This document shows positions 40,568 to 50,150 of a stretch of DNA of 64,000 nucleotides, one piece after another. Made by a program: the position numbers and the translations under genes. Within the stretch, counting starts at the first letter, position 1. The number at the start of each line of letters is the position of its first letter. The stretch covers positions 1 through 64,000 of the forward strand of contig JBCCEA010000009.1 in the NCBI GenBank assembly GCA_039030515.1, in the 5' to 3' direction. Origin of the DNA: Myxococcota bacterium. GTDB lineage: Bacteria; Myxococcota_A; Polyangia; Polyangiales; Houyiibacteriaceae. Below the pieces are notes generated by a model. The model was not told the origin of the DNA, ran no database searches, and worked only from the letters and a program-made list of their open reading frames with translations.

Positions 40568-41401
40568 TCATCCGGCGGTCAACCTGCGTCGCAAAGCACG
40601 AATCGTTCTGCGCGCACTGCTCACGTTTTCCTCAGTAAATATCGAGGCCGGAAGCGGTAGGTCGGGATCGACAAGAAGCTGAAACGCAACGAGTGCACGC
40701 TGTCCCCCATCGAGAGGCGCGACCTCCCAGCGCGCCAAAAAGCGCTCCATGTTTCCATCCAACATTCGAGCTTCGATGATCTGCGTTTGTCCGCGCGACG
40801 CCACCCGATCCATTTCCATCTGAGCCCAAAGCGTGACGGTGTTGTGTATGATTCCTGCCTCAAGATAAACGCGAGCCCGGTCTCCTCTTTGAGCGAGCAC
40901 TCTGGACTCGTGAAAATGCGGCAAGAATTCTCGGTAGTCTTGGTAACCACGGACAGTGGAAAGAACATCCTCGAACGGAGCATCCACAACACCGATCGCC
41001 TTGCCCCAGCTCACGTCGAACTCGGGATGGTCGACGGCGCTCGCCTGTATCTCTCCGCCCAAACGCCGGGCGATCGAGGAAGCGTCCGCCAGAGCAAGCT
41101 GAGGAGCCAACGCAAGGCCAATTGCGAGTGCTGCACCGAGTATTGGTGCTGAACCCGATTTTGTCATCAGGGCGAGCTGTTCGCGCATGCCCCTCGGGAC
41201 GTCGGCGCATTTTTTTTTCGCAGATGGGGATTGTGAGTAACGGGCAGGTAGGAGTGCCGCTTTTGAGGGGGATACGTTCGCTCTTCTAAGCGTAGATCGA
41301 AAACGTGAGGGGAATCGGAGTTTTGGAGAGCAGGAATGTGTCCGCAACGGGAGGTGTAGTGAGGCCGGAAACGGTGAAGGAGAAGGCGATAGGGGAAGCA
41401 T
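40568..41401 (-). CDS. SRPBCC/START-like (polyketide cyclase/CoQ10-like) lipid-binding protein; start 41401 or 41167
   Basis: 'VVDAPFEDVLSTVRGYQDYREFLPHFHESRVL', 'GNMERFLARWEV', 'VDPDLPLP'; signal peptide ending 'ALA'; GGAGG before ATG 41401. Confidence 0.8.
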   Translation of the reverse strand: MLPLSPSPSPFPASLHLPLRTHSCSPKLRFPSRFRSTLRRANVSPSKAALLPARYSQSPSAKKKCADVPRGMREQLALMTKSGSAPILGAALAIGLALAPQLALADASSIARRLGGEIQASAVDHPEFDVSWGKAIGVVDAPFEDVLSTVRGYQDYREFLPHFHESRVLAQRGDRARVYLEAGIIHNTVTLWAQMEMDRVASRGQTQIIEARMLDGNMERFLARWEVAPLDGGQRALVAFQLLVDPDLPLPASIFTEENVSSARRTIRALRRRLTAG

Positions 41402-41807
41402 CAGTTCCTCCGATGGCGGTCGTTGCCGCAATCAGGGTTCGTTGTCGGAGCCGCGACGTTACAAAGATCAGGCCACCGGACTCCAACCTGAGGTGCGGCG
41501 CCTCGAGCCGAAAAAAACCAAGAATTTCATGGAGCGATGCTCAGACTCACCGTGAATTTCAGCCACACCTGTGGCTTTTGGATACATCTGCCGAGAAGGC
41601 AGTGTGAATCTTTTGCTTCAGACATGTCCACAGGGCGCAACACGTTCGGCCACGACACCCACGGCCAGGTGCGCTCGAAAATCGCGTTTCTCGGCGCGCT
41701 CTTAGGCCTTGGGCGGTACCGAAGCGTAAAGCGTGTCATGATGCAGTGGCGTGCGGAGCGGTCGTATTCTCCATATCGCTTGATGCGTCGCCCGCAGGAG
41801 TCCTCCG

Positions 41808-42638
41808 ATGGGGAGTCAACATGTGCACAAGGCGGTATTCGTTGCAGGAGCCGGTCATTCCGGATCCACACTGCTCGGGCATTTGCTCGGCAACCATGCT
41901 CAGGCGTTTTATGCCGGCGAGGCCAAGAAAAGCATCTACATCGGAGATTCCACGAAGCCTTTGCGCAAGCGCATTTGCAAGCTCTGTGGCGAGGACTGCC
42001 CACTCTGGAGCCGATTCGATCCCGAGAGCAAGCTCCACCTGTACCAGCAACTGGCGCATCTAAGCGGACGCTCTGTCGTCGTTGACTCGACGAAGTCGAT
42101 CGAGTGGATCGAGCGACAGCGACGAACACTACCGGCCCAAACCGAAGCCTATCTCCTCTTTCTGACGAGAGACGGCCGCGCCGTAGTCAACTCGAGGGTG
42201 AGAAAGTACCCGAATCGACAACCCTCGGATCTGATCGACGATTGGCGGAGACAAATCGAGGCGACCGAGCAGCTGATGCAACGCTTCGATGGCGATACTT
42301 ACGAGATTCGCTACGAGAAGCTGGCCACGGAACCAGAGGTCATCATGCGCAATCTCTGCAACTTTTTGGGTTTGAGGTACACCCCATCGATGCTCCGATT
42401 CGATGCTTCGAACCACCATCCACTTGGTGGCAACAACGGAACCCAATTTCTCATGTCTCGAGCGCAAGGTCAGGACCCAAACCAGAACGCTCTAGGAGAC
42501 CGGATTCACGCGTACTACGGTTCTCACCCAGCCGGGATACAGTTGGATCTCCGTTGGCGGTCAGAGCTCCCAGACGAGGTTCTCAGACTATTCGAAAAGC
42601 GCGCCGGAACGCTCAACCTGAGGTTTAGGTGGCCATGA
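41808..42638 (+). CDS. Sulfotransferase (PAPS-dependent)
   Basis: 5'-PSB 'AGHSGSTLL', 'CKLC...CPLW', 'VDSTK', 3'-PB 'LTRDGRAVVNS', 'IRYEKLATEP'; AGGAG RBS. Confidence 0.9.
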   Translation: MGSQHVHKAVFVAGAGHSGSTLLGHLLGNHAQAFYAGEAKKSIYIGDSTKPLRKRICKLCGEDCPLWSRFDPESKLHLYQQLAHLSGRSVVVDSTKSIEWIERQRRTLPAQTEAYLLFLTRDGRAVVNSRVRKYPNRQPSDLIDDWRRQIEATEQLMQRFDGDTYEIRYEKLATEPEVIMRNLCNFLGLRYTPSMLRFDASNHHPLGGNNGTQFLMSRAQGQDPNQNALGDRIHAYYGSHPAGIQLDLRWRSELPDEVLRLFEKRAGTLNLRFRWP

Positions 42639-44080
42639 AACGCATCGACCTAGTCTTCCGGACAGTAGGAGAGCGTACTTCAGAACTCGCTCTTGAACTC
42701 GCTAAGACAAACATTCGTCCAGATAGAGTTTTTATATTCGAGAACATAAGACCGTTTTCGGAGACTGTTCAAAAACAACTAAAGCTAAATCACAATTGCG
42801 ACATCGTAGTCTACATGGACGCAGACTGTCTCATTTTGGAGAACATGCGTCCGTTTCTCGAATCCAACGAGTCTCCCTACGTAGACTGCTTTGTCCAAGA
42901 CAGATTTCGAGGAGCAATCCATTGTGGGGTGCACTTGACTCGAATCGATCTCGTAGATGCTATGCGTCGCGTGTCTCCTCCAATAAACGACTTAGCGTAC
43001 GTTTTGAGGCCGGAATCAAGACTTCGCAATTTGGCGATGCAGGCGAACGGTTGGAAAAAATCCTTCAAAAACTTCTTCATACTGCATGATCATTTTCAGA
43101 GAGCATGCGACATTTTCGCCAAGTACGCGCTTCGGGAACTCAGGAGCAGAACAAAAAAGCAGAGACTCCGCCTCGATACAGCGATGCAAAAGTGGGGTGA
43201 TGACACAGACTTCGTTATAGCCCGGGCCGCCTTAGCCCACGCAAACCGCTCTGTGCCTCCGGAAGCGTCCGCAAGTGAGCAGCATGCGTACATTAGAGAG
43301 CTACCGCGAGTTGCCCTAGAAGAAACCAGGAAGATGCCCCCAGCGAGCCAGAAGCCTCTCTTGAGGTCTGAGGTTGAAAAACGCGCACATGAGGTTTCCA
43401 AAAATCGTCCCAGCAGCCAGAAGCCTAAAGTGTTTGGACTCGGACTGAGTCGCACAGGAACCCGGAGTCTTACTGCTGCTTTGCAAATACTCGGCTGGGA
43501 CTGCCTACACTACCCAACCGATGAACAGACATTCAAAGATTTATCGGCAGGAAAAGGCTTGTTTCAATTTCTTAATATCTGGGACGGACTCACAGACATC
43601 ACAGCAGCCCCCTACTACGCACAGCTTGATGCTAACTACCCGGGGAGCAAGTTCATTCTCACCGTGCGTGATACCGGTTCATGGCTGCGTTCTGCAAACA
43701 ATCATTGGACTGGCCGGGACCCTTTTGCTCCCGCCGAGACGGATGCAGCACAATCCCACATGAAGATCAGGCGGCTACTGCGCGCTGCCACCTATGGTTG
43801 TTATGAATTTGAACCGACAAGGTTCCGATGGGTCTTTGAACAACACCGTCTCAACGTCGAACGATACTTTCAAAAGCGTTCTGAAGATCTTCTTGTGATC
43901 GACATCTGCAATGGAGAGGGATTCGAAAAACTCGCACCTTTTCTCGGTGTTCCCGAGCCAATCCAACCCTTTCCCCATAAGGGCTTTCGACTTTCGGAGC
44001 AGATAAACCAGGAGCGCTCTCACTCCGCAAGTCCCATCGATCATGAGGACGACGCAAGTGAATTTGAAGTCAACGACTGA
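42635..44080 (+). CDS. Fusion: GT-A-like (DxD) N-terminal domain + sulfotransferase-like P-loop domain
   Basis: 'VVYMDADC'; C-terminal 'KVFGLGLSRTGTRSLTAALQILG', 'YPGSKFILTVRD...WLRS', 'LAPFLG...PFPH'. ATGA coupling to the upstream gene. Confidence 0.82.
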   Translation: MKRIDLVFRTVGERTSELALELAKTNIRPDRVFIFENIRPFSETVQKQLKLNHNCDIVVYMDADCLILENMRPFLESNESPYVDCFVQDRFRGAIHCGVHLTRIDLVDAMRRVSPPINDLAYVLRPESRLRNLAMQANGWKKSFKNFFILHDHFQRACDIFAKYALRELRSRTKKQRLRLDTAMQKWGDDTDFVIARAALAHANRSVPPEASASEQHAYIRELPRVALEETRKMPPASQKPLLRSEVEKRAHEVSKNRPSSQKPKVFGLGLSRTGTRSLTAALQILGWDCLHYPTDEQTFKDLSAGKGLFQFLNIWDGLTDITAAPYYAQLDANYPGSKFILTVRDTGSWLRSANNHWTGRDPFAPAETDAAQSHMKIRRLLRAATYGCYEFEPTRFRWVFEQHRLNVERYFQKRSEDLLVIDICNGEGFEKLAPFLGVPEPIQPFPHKGFRLSEQINQERSHSASPIDHEDDASEFEVND

Positions 44081-44084
44081 ACCG

Positions 44085-46046
44085 ATGACGCTACGGGAGT
44101 CAAGGCGGAGCGAACTGCCCATCATCGGGCTTTTTCATTCCGGCCTGTATGTTGCAAAACTCTCAAAAACCGCTGCGCCTAGTCTTACCACCATACTGAT
44201 GGTGCTCACCCTGGTCAGCGGAGCCACACCAGCGGCGGTCGCTTGGGTAGGCAAGCTGATACTCGACGGCGTGATCGAAGCAAAGTCATCTGCTTCGCCA
44301 ACGCCCTATCTTTTCATCGTCATCGAGGCAGGCATGACCGGCTTATGGATGCTTTCGATGCGCGCCTCGGGCACTGTTCGCACATTGCTCGGACTTAGAC
44401 TTTCAGAATGGGTACGTGACTCGATTCTGCGCCAGACGACGAAGCTGACGCTTGCCGAGCTGGAGGTGCCCAAAGTACACGATCAGATCACTCGACTGAG
44501 AAAAGAGGCAAGCAATCGCCCGGTAGCGCTTCTACAGCGAAGCTTTGAACTCGTACGCCACGCCACGTCTCTGCTGAGCTATGGAGCGCTGATCATAGCA
44601 TTCTCTGGATGGTTGGCAGTGTTACTCGTGATAGCCAGCTTACCTACGTTATTTACAGAGGTAGGTTTCGCGAAACGTCAATTTCAACTTAGCCTACTGC
44701 GGTCTAAAGCCAACCGTGAACGGAACTACATTGAAAATGTACTTTCGAGAGAGGATTTTGCCAAAGAAGTCCGTCTATATAACCTAGGTGATACGCTCGT
44801 AAGCAGGTTTCAGAGGATCACTGATGGGCTACTAACTGACGAAAGAAAGCTTCTTCAAAAGAAAGAGCTCACCTACACTGCTGCAAGCGTGGTTTCGACC
44901 GGCGCGTTCTTTACGGCATATGTATGGATTGTATCAGAGACCATCACCGGTTCATTGAGCATTGGGGAAATGACGATCATGTTGATCGCGTTCCGACAAT
45001 CACAAACGTCAGTGTCGAACAGCGCAGCAAACCTTGGAACGATGTATGGAGATCATCTCTACGTAGCGGACTTAAGGTCCTTTCTCGAATCGGTGAAGCT
45101 CGAAACGCATTTGGATTCCACGAGATTTGCTGCCACTCCAGAGCAACAAGCATCCCGGGCTCCCGAGCGATCCGGGATCCGGCTAGAAGGTGTGCGTTTT
45201 CGATATCCGGGCAGTTCCACGTATGCACTGGATGGGATCGATCTTTCGATTCCGCCGGGGGCTCTGGTGGGCGTTGTAGGTCGGAACGGTTCGGGAAAAT
45301 CGACGCTCGTCAAACTGATCGCTGGCTTCTATCAACCCACGGAAGGAACGATCTGGGTCGACGACAAACGCCTGGACTCGATCGATCGCCAGAACTTCCT
45401 TTCACGACTTGCGATTCTTTTTCAGGATCACGCCCGTTTCAAATTCACGGTTGCCGACAATATCGGTTTTGGCAACACCAGTCGTCTACAGGATGAGAAC
45501 GAGATCTGGCTTGCCGCAAAAAAGGCTTACGCCAGTGACTTCATAGAGCGACTACCTCGAAAACTCTCCACGCGACTTGGGAGATCATTTGAGGGGGGTA
45601 TGGACCTGTCCGGAGGTCAGTGGCAGAAGTTGGCTCTCGCAAGGGCACTTATCCGGACTGAAGCTGACTATCTGATTCTAGATGAACCGACGGCCGCCCT
45701 GGATGCACTTTCGGAACAACAGCTCCTAACCCAGCTTCAATCACAGAGGAACCCAACCGAGAAGGATACGCACTCGGGGCAGCATGCCCAGCTTCGGAAC
45801 CGCTCGGTACTGCTGATCTCACACCGTCTCGCGACACTGCAGCATGCAGACGTGGTCTTGGTTCTCGACAAGGGCAGGCTTGTCGAGCAGGGGACTCACG
45901 ATCAGCTGATCGTTCGCGACGGCCTTTACTCCAAACTTTTCGAGGCTCAAGCCTCCGCATACACGGGGTTTGATGGCCACCGCTCAACATTCCCACCTGG
46001 TCTTCAAACCACGCGATCGGCCTCTCAAACCACGGAGGGGACCTAA
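44085..46046 (+). CDS. ABC exporter, fused permease/ATPase (start 44085 or 44043)
   Basis: TM domain; Walker A 'GRNGSGKST', signature 'LSGGQWQK', 'ILDEPTAALD', 'ISHR'. Confidence 0.93.
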   Translation: MTLRESRRSELPIIGLFHSGLYVAKLSKTAAPSLTTILMVLTLVSGATPAAVAWVGKLILDGVIEAKSSASPTPYLFIVIEAGMTGLWMLSMRASGTVRTLLGLRLSEWVRDSILRQTTKLTLAELEVPKVHDQITRLRKEASNRPVALLQRSFELVRHATSLLSYGALIIAFSGWLAVLLVIASLPTLFTEVGFAKRQFQLSLLRSKANRERNYIENVLSREDFAKEVRLYNLGDTLVSRFQRITDGLLTDERKLLQKKELTYTAASVVSTGAFFTAYVWIVSETITGSLSIGEMTIMLIAFRQSQTSVSNSAANLGTMYGDHLYVADLRSFLESVKLETHLDSTRFAATPEQQASRAPERSGIRLEGVRFRYPGSSTYALDGIDLSIPPGALVGVVGRNGSGKSTLVKLIAGFYQPTEGTIWVDDKRLDSIDRQNFLSRLAILFQDHARFKFTVADNIGFGNTSRLQDENEIWLAAKKAYASDFIERLPRKLSTRLGRSFEGGMDLSGGQWQKLALARALIRTEADYLILDEPTAALDALSEQQLLTQLQSQRNPTEKDTHSGQHAQLRNRSVLLISHRLATLQHADVVLVLDKGRLVEQGTHDQLIVRDGLYSKLFEAQASAYTGFDGHRSTFPPGLQTTRSASQTTEGT

Positions 46047-46072
46047 ACCGCGTCAGAGCCAAAGTAGACCCG

Positions 46073-46420
46073 CTAGGCGGACGATCGATCCGATTTCTGA
46101 GCTTGAGGTGCGGGCTTTGGCAGGGGGCGCTTCATTTCTTCATCCGCACCCGCGCGACGCTGGGCTTTGAGTTCACTCAACTGAGCACGCCACTGCTCCA
46201 GAAGTCCCTCGAGCTGAGTCAATTCGGATTCCACTCGTCGCAAGCGCCGGCCCAGCCGATCCCGAATCTGGTTGTCGGACTCACGATCCAAGGCATGACG
46301 GACTTCATCACGCACGAGCCGTATGCGCTCTACTGCATCCAGGTAGGTTTCTTTCTCGGCAAATCGACGCGCTTGAACCAGGTATAGTTCCCATCGCGCT
46401 TCAGCTTTATCGTCCATCAT
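46073..46420 (-). CDS. Hypothetical coiled-coil protein
   Basis: 115-aa charged helical ORF filling the gap; GC-biased coding. Confidence 0.6.
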   Translation of the reverse strand: MMDDKAEARWELYLVQARRFAEKETYLDAVERIRLVRDEVRHALDRESDNQIRDRLGRRLRRVESELTQLEGLLEQWRAQLSELKAQRRAGADEEMKRPLPKPAPQAQKSDRSSA

Positions 46421-46474
46421 TGGAGCATTCGTCCGATTCTCAAGCGAAAAGGCCTAACAGATTACATAGCGGAG

Positions 46475-46490
46475 AACGAATCGATTCGTT
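46475..46490. promoter_or_regulatory. Perfect 16-bp palindrome in divergent promoter region
   Basis: AACGAATCGATTCGTT. Confidence 0.5.
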
Positions 46491-46598
46491 TTCACAATCA
46501 CCGCAGTACCTGACCTATCGTACGACGATCCACTCGAAATGCTAGTGCGAAGCCTGTCTGGTTGACCAAAGTTCCTAGCTCGGTAGTTTTGCGTCGCA

Positions 46599-47072
46599 AT
46601 GACTCGGAATGACCTCACTGGACTCGGGGAAATCAACGCTCTTTTGGGACGAGGCACCGAATACGACGGAAAGCTCACTTTTCAAGGTCGAGTGCGGATT
46701 GACGGAAATTTTCGAGGAGAAATCTTTAGCGAAGGCATCTTGATCTTGGGGGATGAGGCGGACGTGCAAGCCAACATCACTGTGGGAACCCTCATCATAC
46801 GTGGCGGCAGCGTTCGGGGAGACATCACCGCACATCAGCTGATTGAGGTCCATGCACCGGGGCGAGTCATCGGTGATGTGCATGCACCTCAACTCTTCCT
46901 AGAGAAGGGCGTCATTTTCGAAGGACATTGCGTGATGAACACCAAGGTGCACGACTTCAGTTCCGAAGGCCCGGACTTGAGCTTCAGTTCACCGGGCGGA
47001 TCGCCAGAAGACCGAACGGAGCAAAAGCCAACCTCGAAGGACGAGGCAAGTCTACCCGGGTGTGTTTCGTAG
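46599..47072 (+). CDS. Bactofilin (polymer-forming cytoskeletal protein)
   Basis: 'LLGRGTEYDGKLTFQGRVRIDGNFRGEI...GDVHAPQLFLEKGVIFEGHCVM'. Confidence 0.93.
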   Translation: MTRNDLTGLGEINALLGRGTEYDGKLTFQGRVRIDGNFRGEIFSEGILILGDEADVQANITVGTLIIRGGSVRGDITAHQLIEVHAPGRVIGDVHAPQLFLEKGVIFEGHCVMNTKVHDFSSEGPDLSFSSPGGSPEDRTEQKPTSKDEASLPGCVS

Positions 47073-47081
47073 CGGCAGCGT

Positions 47082-48068
47082 TCACTCGATCTCGGCGCCA
47101 GTCGGGTTGTTCGCATCAGGCGAAGCGCGGTGTATTTCGGCAGGCTCGATGCGCTCGACTGCATACATGAAGGACTTACTGGGGACGTCTCCACAACTCT
47201 TGATGCGAAACCCCTGAAATACTCGTCTTATCTGGATTCGATACGGTCCGTCGACCCCTTGCAGTTGCACTGCATGCACCGCTCCATCGTGCGCATCGAC
47301 TTCAGGCGACATAACGCCAAGGAAGCTTACGTCCGACAACTGCATCCAACCCCGATGATTTCGAAGCGCGACGTCTGCTACTTGAACTAAAGCTTCACGG
47401 CCGACTTGACCCTTGACCTTCTCAAGCACGTGGTAGCGTCCGGACTCGTGGGCTTCAAACAGTCCGGACACATCCTCCGGTTCAACCCTCCCGTAGGCAA
47501 CTCCCTCGGGCAAACAAACCACGTTGGCAGAAAATCGGTGCCCTCCGAGATGGGTGGTCGGCAGGGCCCGCTCTGAGGCCACGTTTTTGAAGGCGCGCAG
47601 TACGGGAAGTCCCCATTTGGCACAACACCGATCCCTCTTCCCGTGCGTGCACACCAAGTAGATGGGCGATTCCACAAGCTGGCCCTTGGGCGGAAGCCGA
47701 TAGCGCAGTGCGGGTAGATCAAGAGAGAGCAACTCTGCCTCTGTGAGTCCATCCAAACGAACCAGCCGGGGCGAGGAAATATCGACAAACGCCACGAACA
47801 TCCCGAACGAACGGCCTCCCTTAGAACTACCGGCAGCCTGCGCCCGAGACTTCGAAGAGCGCACCAACTGTAGGCGAGACCCTTCAATATTTTGTAGCCA
47901 GAGCTTGAGTCGGGAAACGACGGCCGGAGAGAGCTCGGCAGAATCCATCGGATTTCTTGCCCACGCTCCCGAAGTTTCGAGCAGTATCCAAGTCGACGCC
48001 GTCGGAGCCGTTCCCCACATGGACTCGCCCAAGCGGTCGCAAAGCTCTTTACAAAAACCATCATCCAT
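47082..48068 (-). CDS. Sucrase/ferredoxin-like (Apd1/Aim32-type) [2Fe-2S] protein
   Basis: 'WILLETSGAW', C-x8-C 'CTHGKRDRCC', 'HLGGHRF', 'YGRV'. Start set at ATG 48068 because the upstream part of the ORF is repeat DNA. Confidence 0.88.
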   Translation of the reverse strand: MDDGFCKELCDRLGESMWGTAPTASTWILLETSGAWARNPMDSAELSPAVVSRLKLWLQNIEGSRLQLVRSSKSRAQAAGSSKGGRSFGMFVAFVDISSPRLVRLDGLTEAELLSLDLPALRYRLPPKGQLVESPIYLVCTHGKRDRCCAKWGLPVLRAFKNVASERALPTTHLGGHRFSANVVCLPEGVAYGRVEPEDVSGLFEAHESGRYHVLEKVKGQVGREALVQVADVALRNHRGWMQLSDVSFLGVMSPEVDAHDGAVHAVQLQGVDGPYRIQIRRVFQGFRIKSCGDVPSKSFMYAVERIEPAEIHRASPDANNPTGAEIE

Positions 48069-48116
48069 CCCGAGCAACCTACAGGAACTTCGATGACTCA
48101 GCGAGGCGAGCGCCCC

Positions 48117-48405
48117 CCAGCATGCCTCGCTAGGCCTGAACACCCGCTTGCCTCCCAGCGGGCCTATGTCGGCCCAAACAGCTGCTTTCCTCCCATGCTC
48201 GGAGCTTGAAGTAGCCAAACTACTCCTGCGCTCCTGTGCTTCCGGGGCGCTGACTGTTTCGACCAACCTAGGCCCACTGGGGGTTGGCGCTGGCCGTTCA
48301 AACCCATCGAGACGCGCTGGGCCGGGGAGGACGAGCGTACTTAAGGTACGTTGAGCGACGAGCATCGGAGGTAAGCAGCTGTTTGGGCCGACATAGACCC
48401 CCTGG
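48117..48405. repeat. Dispersed REP/MITE-like element, copy 2, with 47-bp inverted repeats
   Basis: 48155-48201 and 48359-48405 are inverted repeats (4 mismatches). 48117-48156 is the reverse complement of about 102-141. 48335-48405 is close to 157-227. 48286-48312 matches the reverse complement of about 32-58. Confidence 0.88.
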
Positions 48406-48410
48406 GGGGT

Positions 48411-49724
48411 TTAGGCAGTTTCCTCGATCCTAAGAACCCTAGTTGGTTGCAGCACGTGACCCAGCAAATCGATCTCTCGAACTGCTGCGCGCATATCTCT
48501 TGCCCGTGCGAAATGGGTGACCAAAATCACCAAAGCTTCCCCGGTCTCTAACTCTTCTTGAACCAACTGCTCGATCGAAACCTCAAACGCAGCCAGCACT
48601 CCCGCAATGCGGGCAAGCACACCGGGTCGATCACGCACGGTGAGACGCAAGAAGAAACGAGCAGCCGAGGCGTCGGCTGAGGACGTATCCGGACTGGTAC
48701 CGAGACTCCCGGGAACCACGGCGTGACCCGGCACCCGCCCATGAGCACCGGAGAGGTAGTTACGTCCCACATCGACCAGATCGCTTACCACACTCATCGC
48801 CGTGGGCAGTGCTCCCGCCCCCGGTCCAGAAAGCAAACACGGACCGACCATCGCTGCATCGAGATGGACCGCGTTGAGCGCCCCGTGGATATTGGCAAAA
48901 ACGCTATCTTCTGGGACAAGGGCCGGATGCACCCGCAAATCAAGGGTGCCGTCTTCGAGACGCTTGGCCACCGCCATCGGCTTCACCGCATAGCCAAACC
49001 GAGCAGCAAAAGCGACGTCCTTTGCGGTGACTTCTTCGATTCCCTCCGTAACAATCTGATCCGGTTTGATCCGGACTCCAAAGGCCAATGTCGCAAGAAT
49101 CGCGAGCTTGTGCTGCGCATCCACTCCACGCACGTCGAGGGTTGGATCGGATTCGGCGTAGCCTTTCTCCTGGGCTTCGAGCAAAGCCGTTTCATAGGCG
49201 AGGCCAGCCACCGCCATCCGAGAGAGAATGTAGTTGCTCGTCCCGTTGACGATCCCGTGCAGAGAAGAAACTTCGTCTGACGCTAGGGCCTCACGAAGTA
49301 CCCGTATGATGGGAACTCCACCGGCCACCGCTGCCTCAAAGTAGAGGTCGAGTCCTTTTTTGTGTGCCTTACCGAGGAGCAGATCACCCTGCTGTGCGAT
49401 CAGTGCTTTGTTGGCGGTGATCACGTGTTTGCCGGCGTCGAGTGCCGCATGAACCACCTCCGAAGCTATCGTGGTGCCACCGATCACTTCGACCACCAAA
49501 TCGACTTTTGGATCGACCGCTACCTTGAGCGGATCTGAGCACAGCAGGTCTAGCGGCACCACCGGATCGCGTGGTCTGGCAACATCCCGAACCGCGATCG
49601 TGCGAACTTCAAGCGTTCCACCAAGTCGACGAGCGATCGTTTCCTGATGGTCCTCGAGCAGCTTGAGGATTCCGGTGCCTACGACCCCGCAGCCAACCAG
49701 TCCGATTCCGATCGTTTGCGTCAA
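48411..49724 (-). CDS. hom: Homoserine dehydrogenase with ACT domain
   Basis: 'GCGVVG', 'TANKAL', 'FEAAVAGGVP', 'NGTSNYIL', 'GYAESDP', 'DRPGVLA'. Confidence 0.96.
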   Translation of the reverse strand: MTQTIGIGLVGCGVVGTGILKLLEDHQETIARRLGGTLEVRTIAVRDVARPRDPVVPLDLLCSDPLKVAVDPKVDLVVEVIGGTTIASEVVHAALDAGKHVITANKALIAQQGDLLLGKAHKKGLDLYFEAAVAGGVPIIRVLREALASDEVSSLHGIVNGTSNYILSRMAVAGLAYETALLEAQEKGYAESDPTLDVRGVDAQHKLAILATLAFGVRIKPDQIVTEGIEEVTAKDVAFAARFGYAVKPMAVAKRLEDGTLDLRVHPALVPEDSVFANIHGALNAVHLDAAMVGPCLLSGPGAGALPTAMSVVSDLVDVGRNYLSGAHGRVPGHAVVPGSLGTSPDTSSADASAARFFLRLTVRDRPGVLARIAGVLAAFEVSIEQLVQEELETGEALVILVTHFARARDMRAAVREIDLLGHVLQPTRVLRIEETA

Positions 49725-49731
49725 TCTCGCC

Positions 49732-49974
49732 TCAACTCATCAATCCACGAAGAACTGCGTAGCACAGGAGGACAAAGAACCACAGCACGGCCGGACGGCG
49801 CAAACCGGCTCGCCACGCAAAAACCGGAGTCAAAGGCGGAAGCAAACCAGCGATTCGCTTCGGCCAGCTCAGGTGATTCAGTCGTAAAACCGCAAACGCG
49901 AGCCTTAGGTGAACGACCAGTACTGCCGCGCCGGAGACGATAAGACCGAGCAGAGTCCATAGATCACGGGACAC
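49732..49974 (-). CDS. Small hypothetical membrane protein
   Basis: 80 aa with 2-3 hydrophobic segments; stops 8 bp before the hom start. Confidence 0.6.
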   Translation of the reverse strand: MSRDLWTLLGLIVSGAAVLVVHLRLAFAVLRLNHLSWPKRIAGLLPPLTPVFAWRAGLRRPAVLWFFVLLCYAVLRGLMS

Positions 49975-50150
49975 TCAAGCAGTCTGACACGGCGAGGCTC
50001 TCTTGGCCGAGCGATGTCGCCGCGGCAGCACGTCGACTCATCGCAAGACAACATCCGTCATGCTAAGCGGCCACGGCGCGTCGTTTTGGTAGATAGGCCC
50101 AACCACGCCAAATCCGACGCACGACAAAGTCCAGTGAGCGGCACAGTCCG

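Noticed and set aside
41286..41800. Small ORFs as RiPP precursors for the sulfotransferase/ABC cluster
   Set aside because: No convincing RBS or leader motif, they overlap other ORFs, and the exporter has no peptidase domain.
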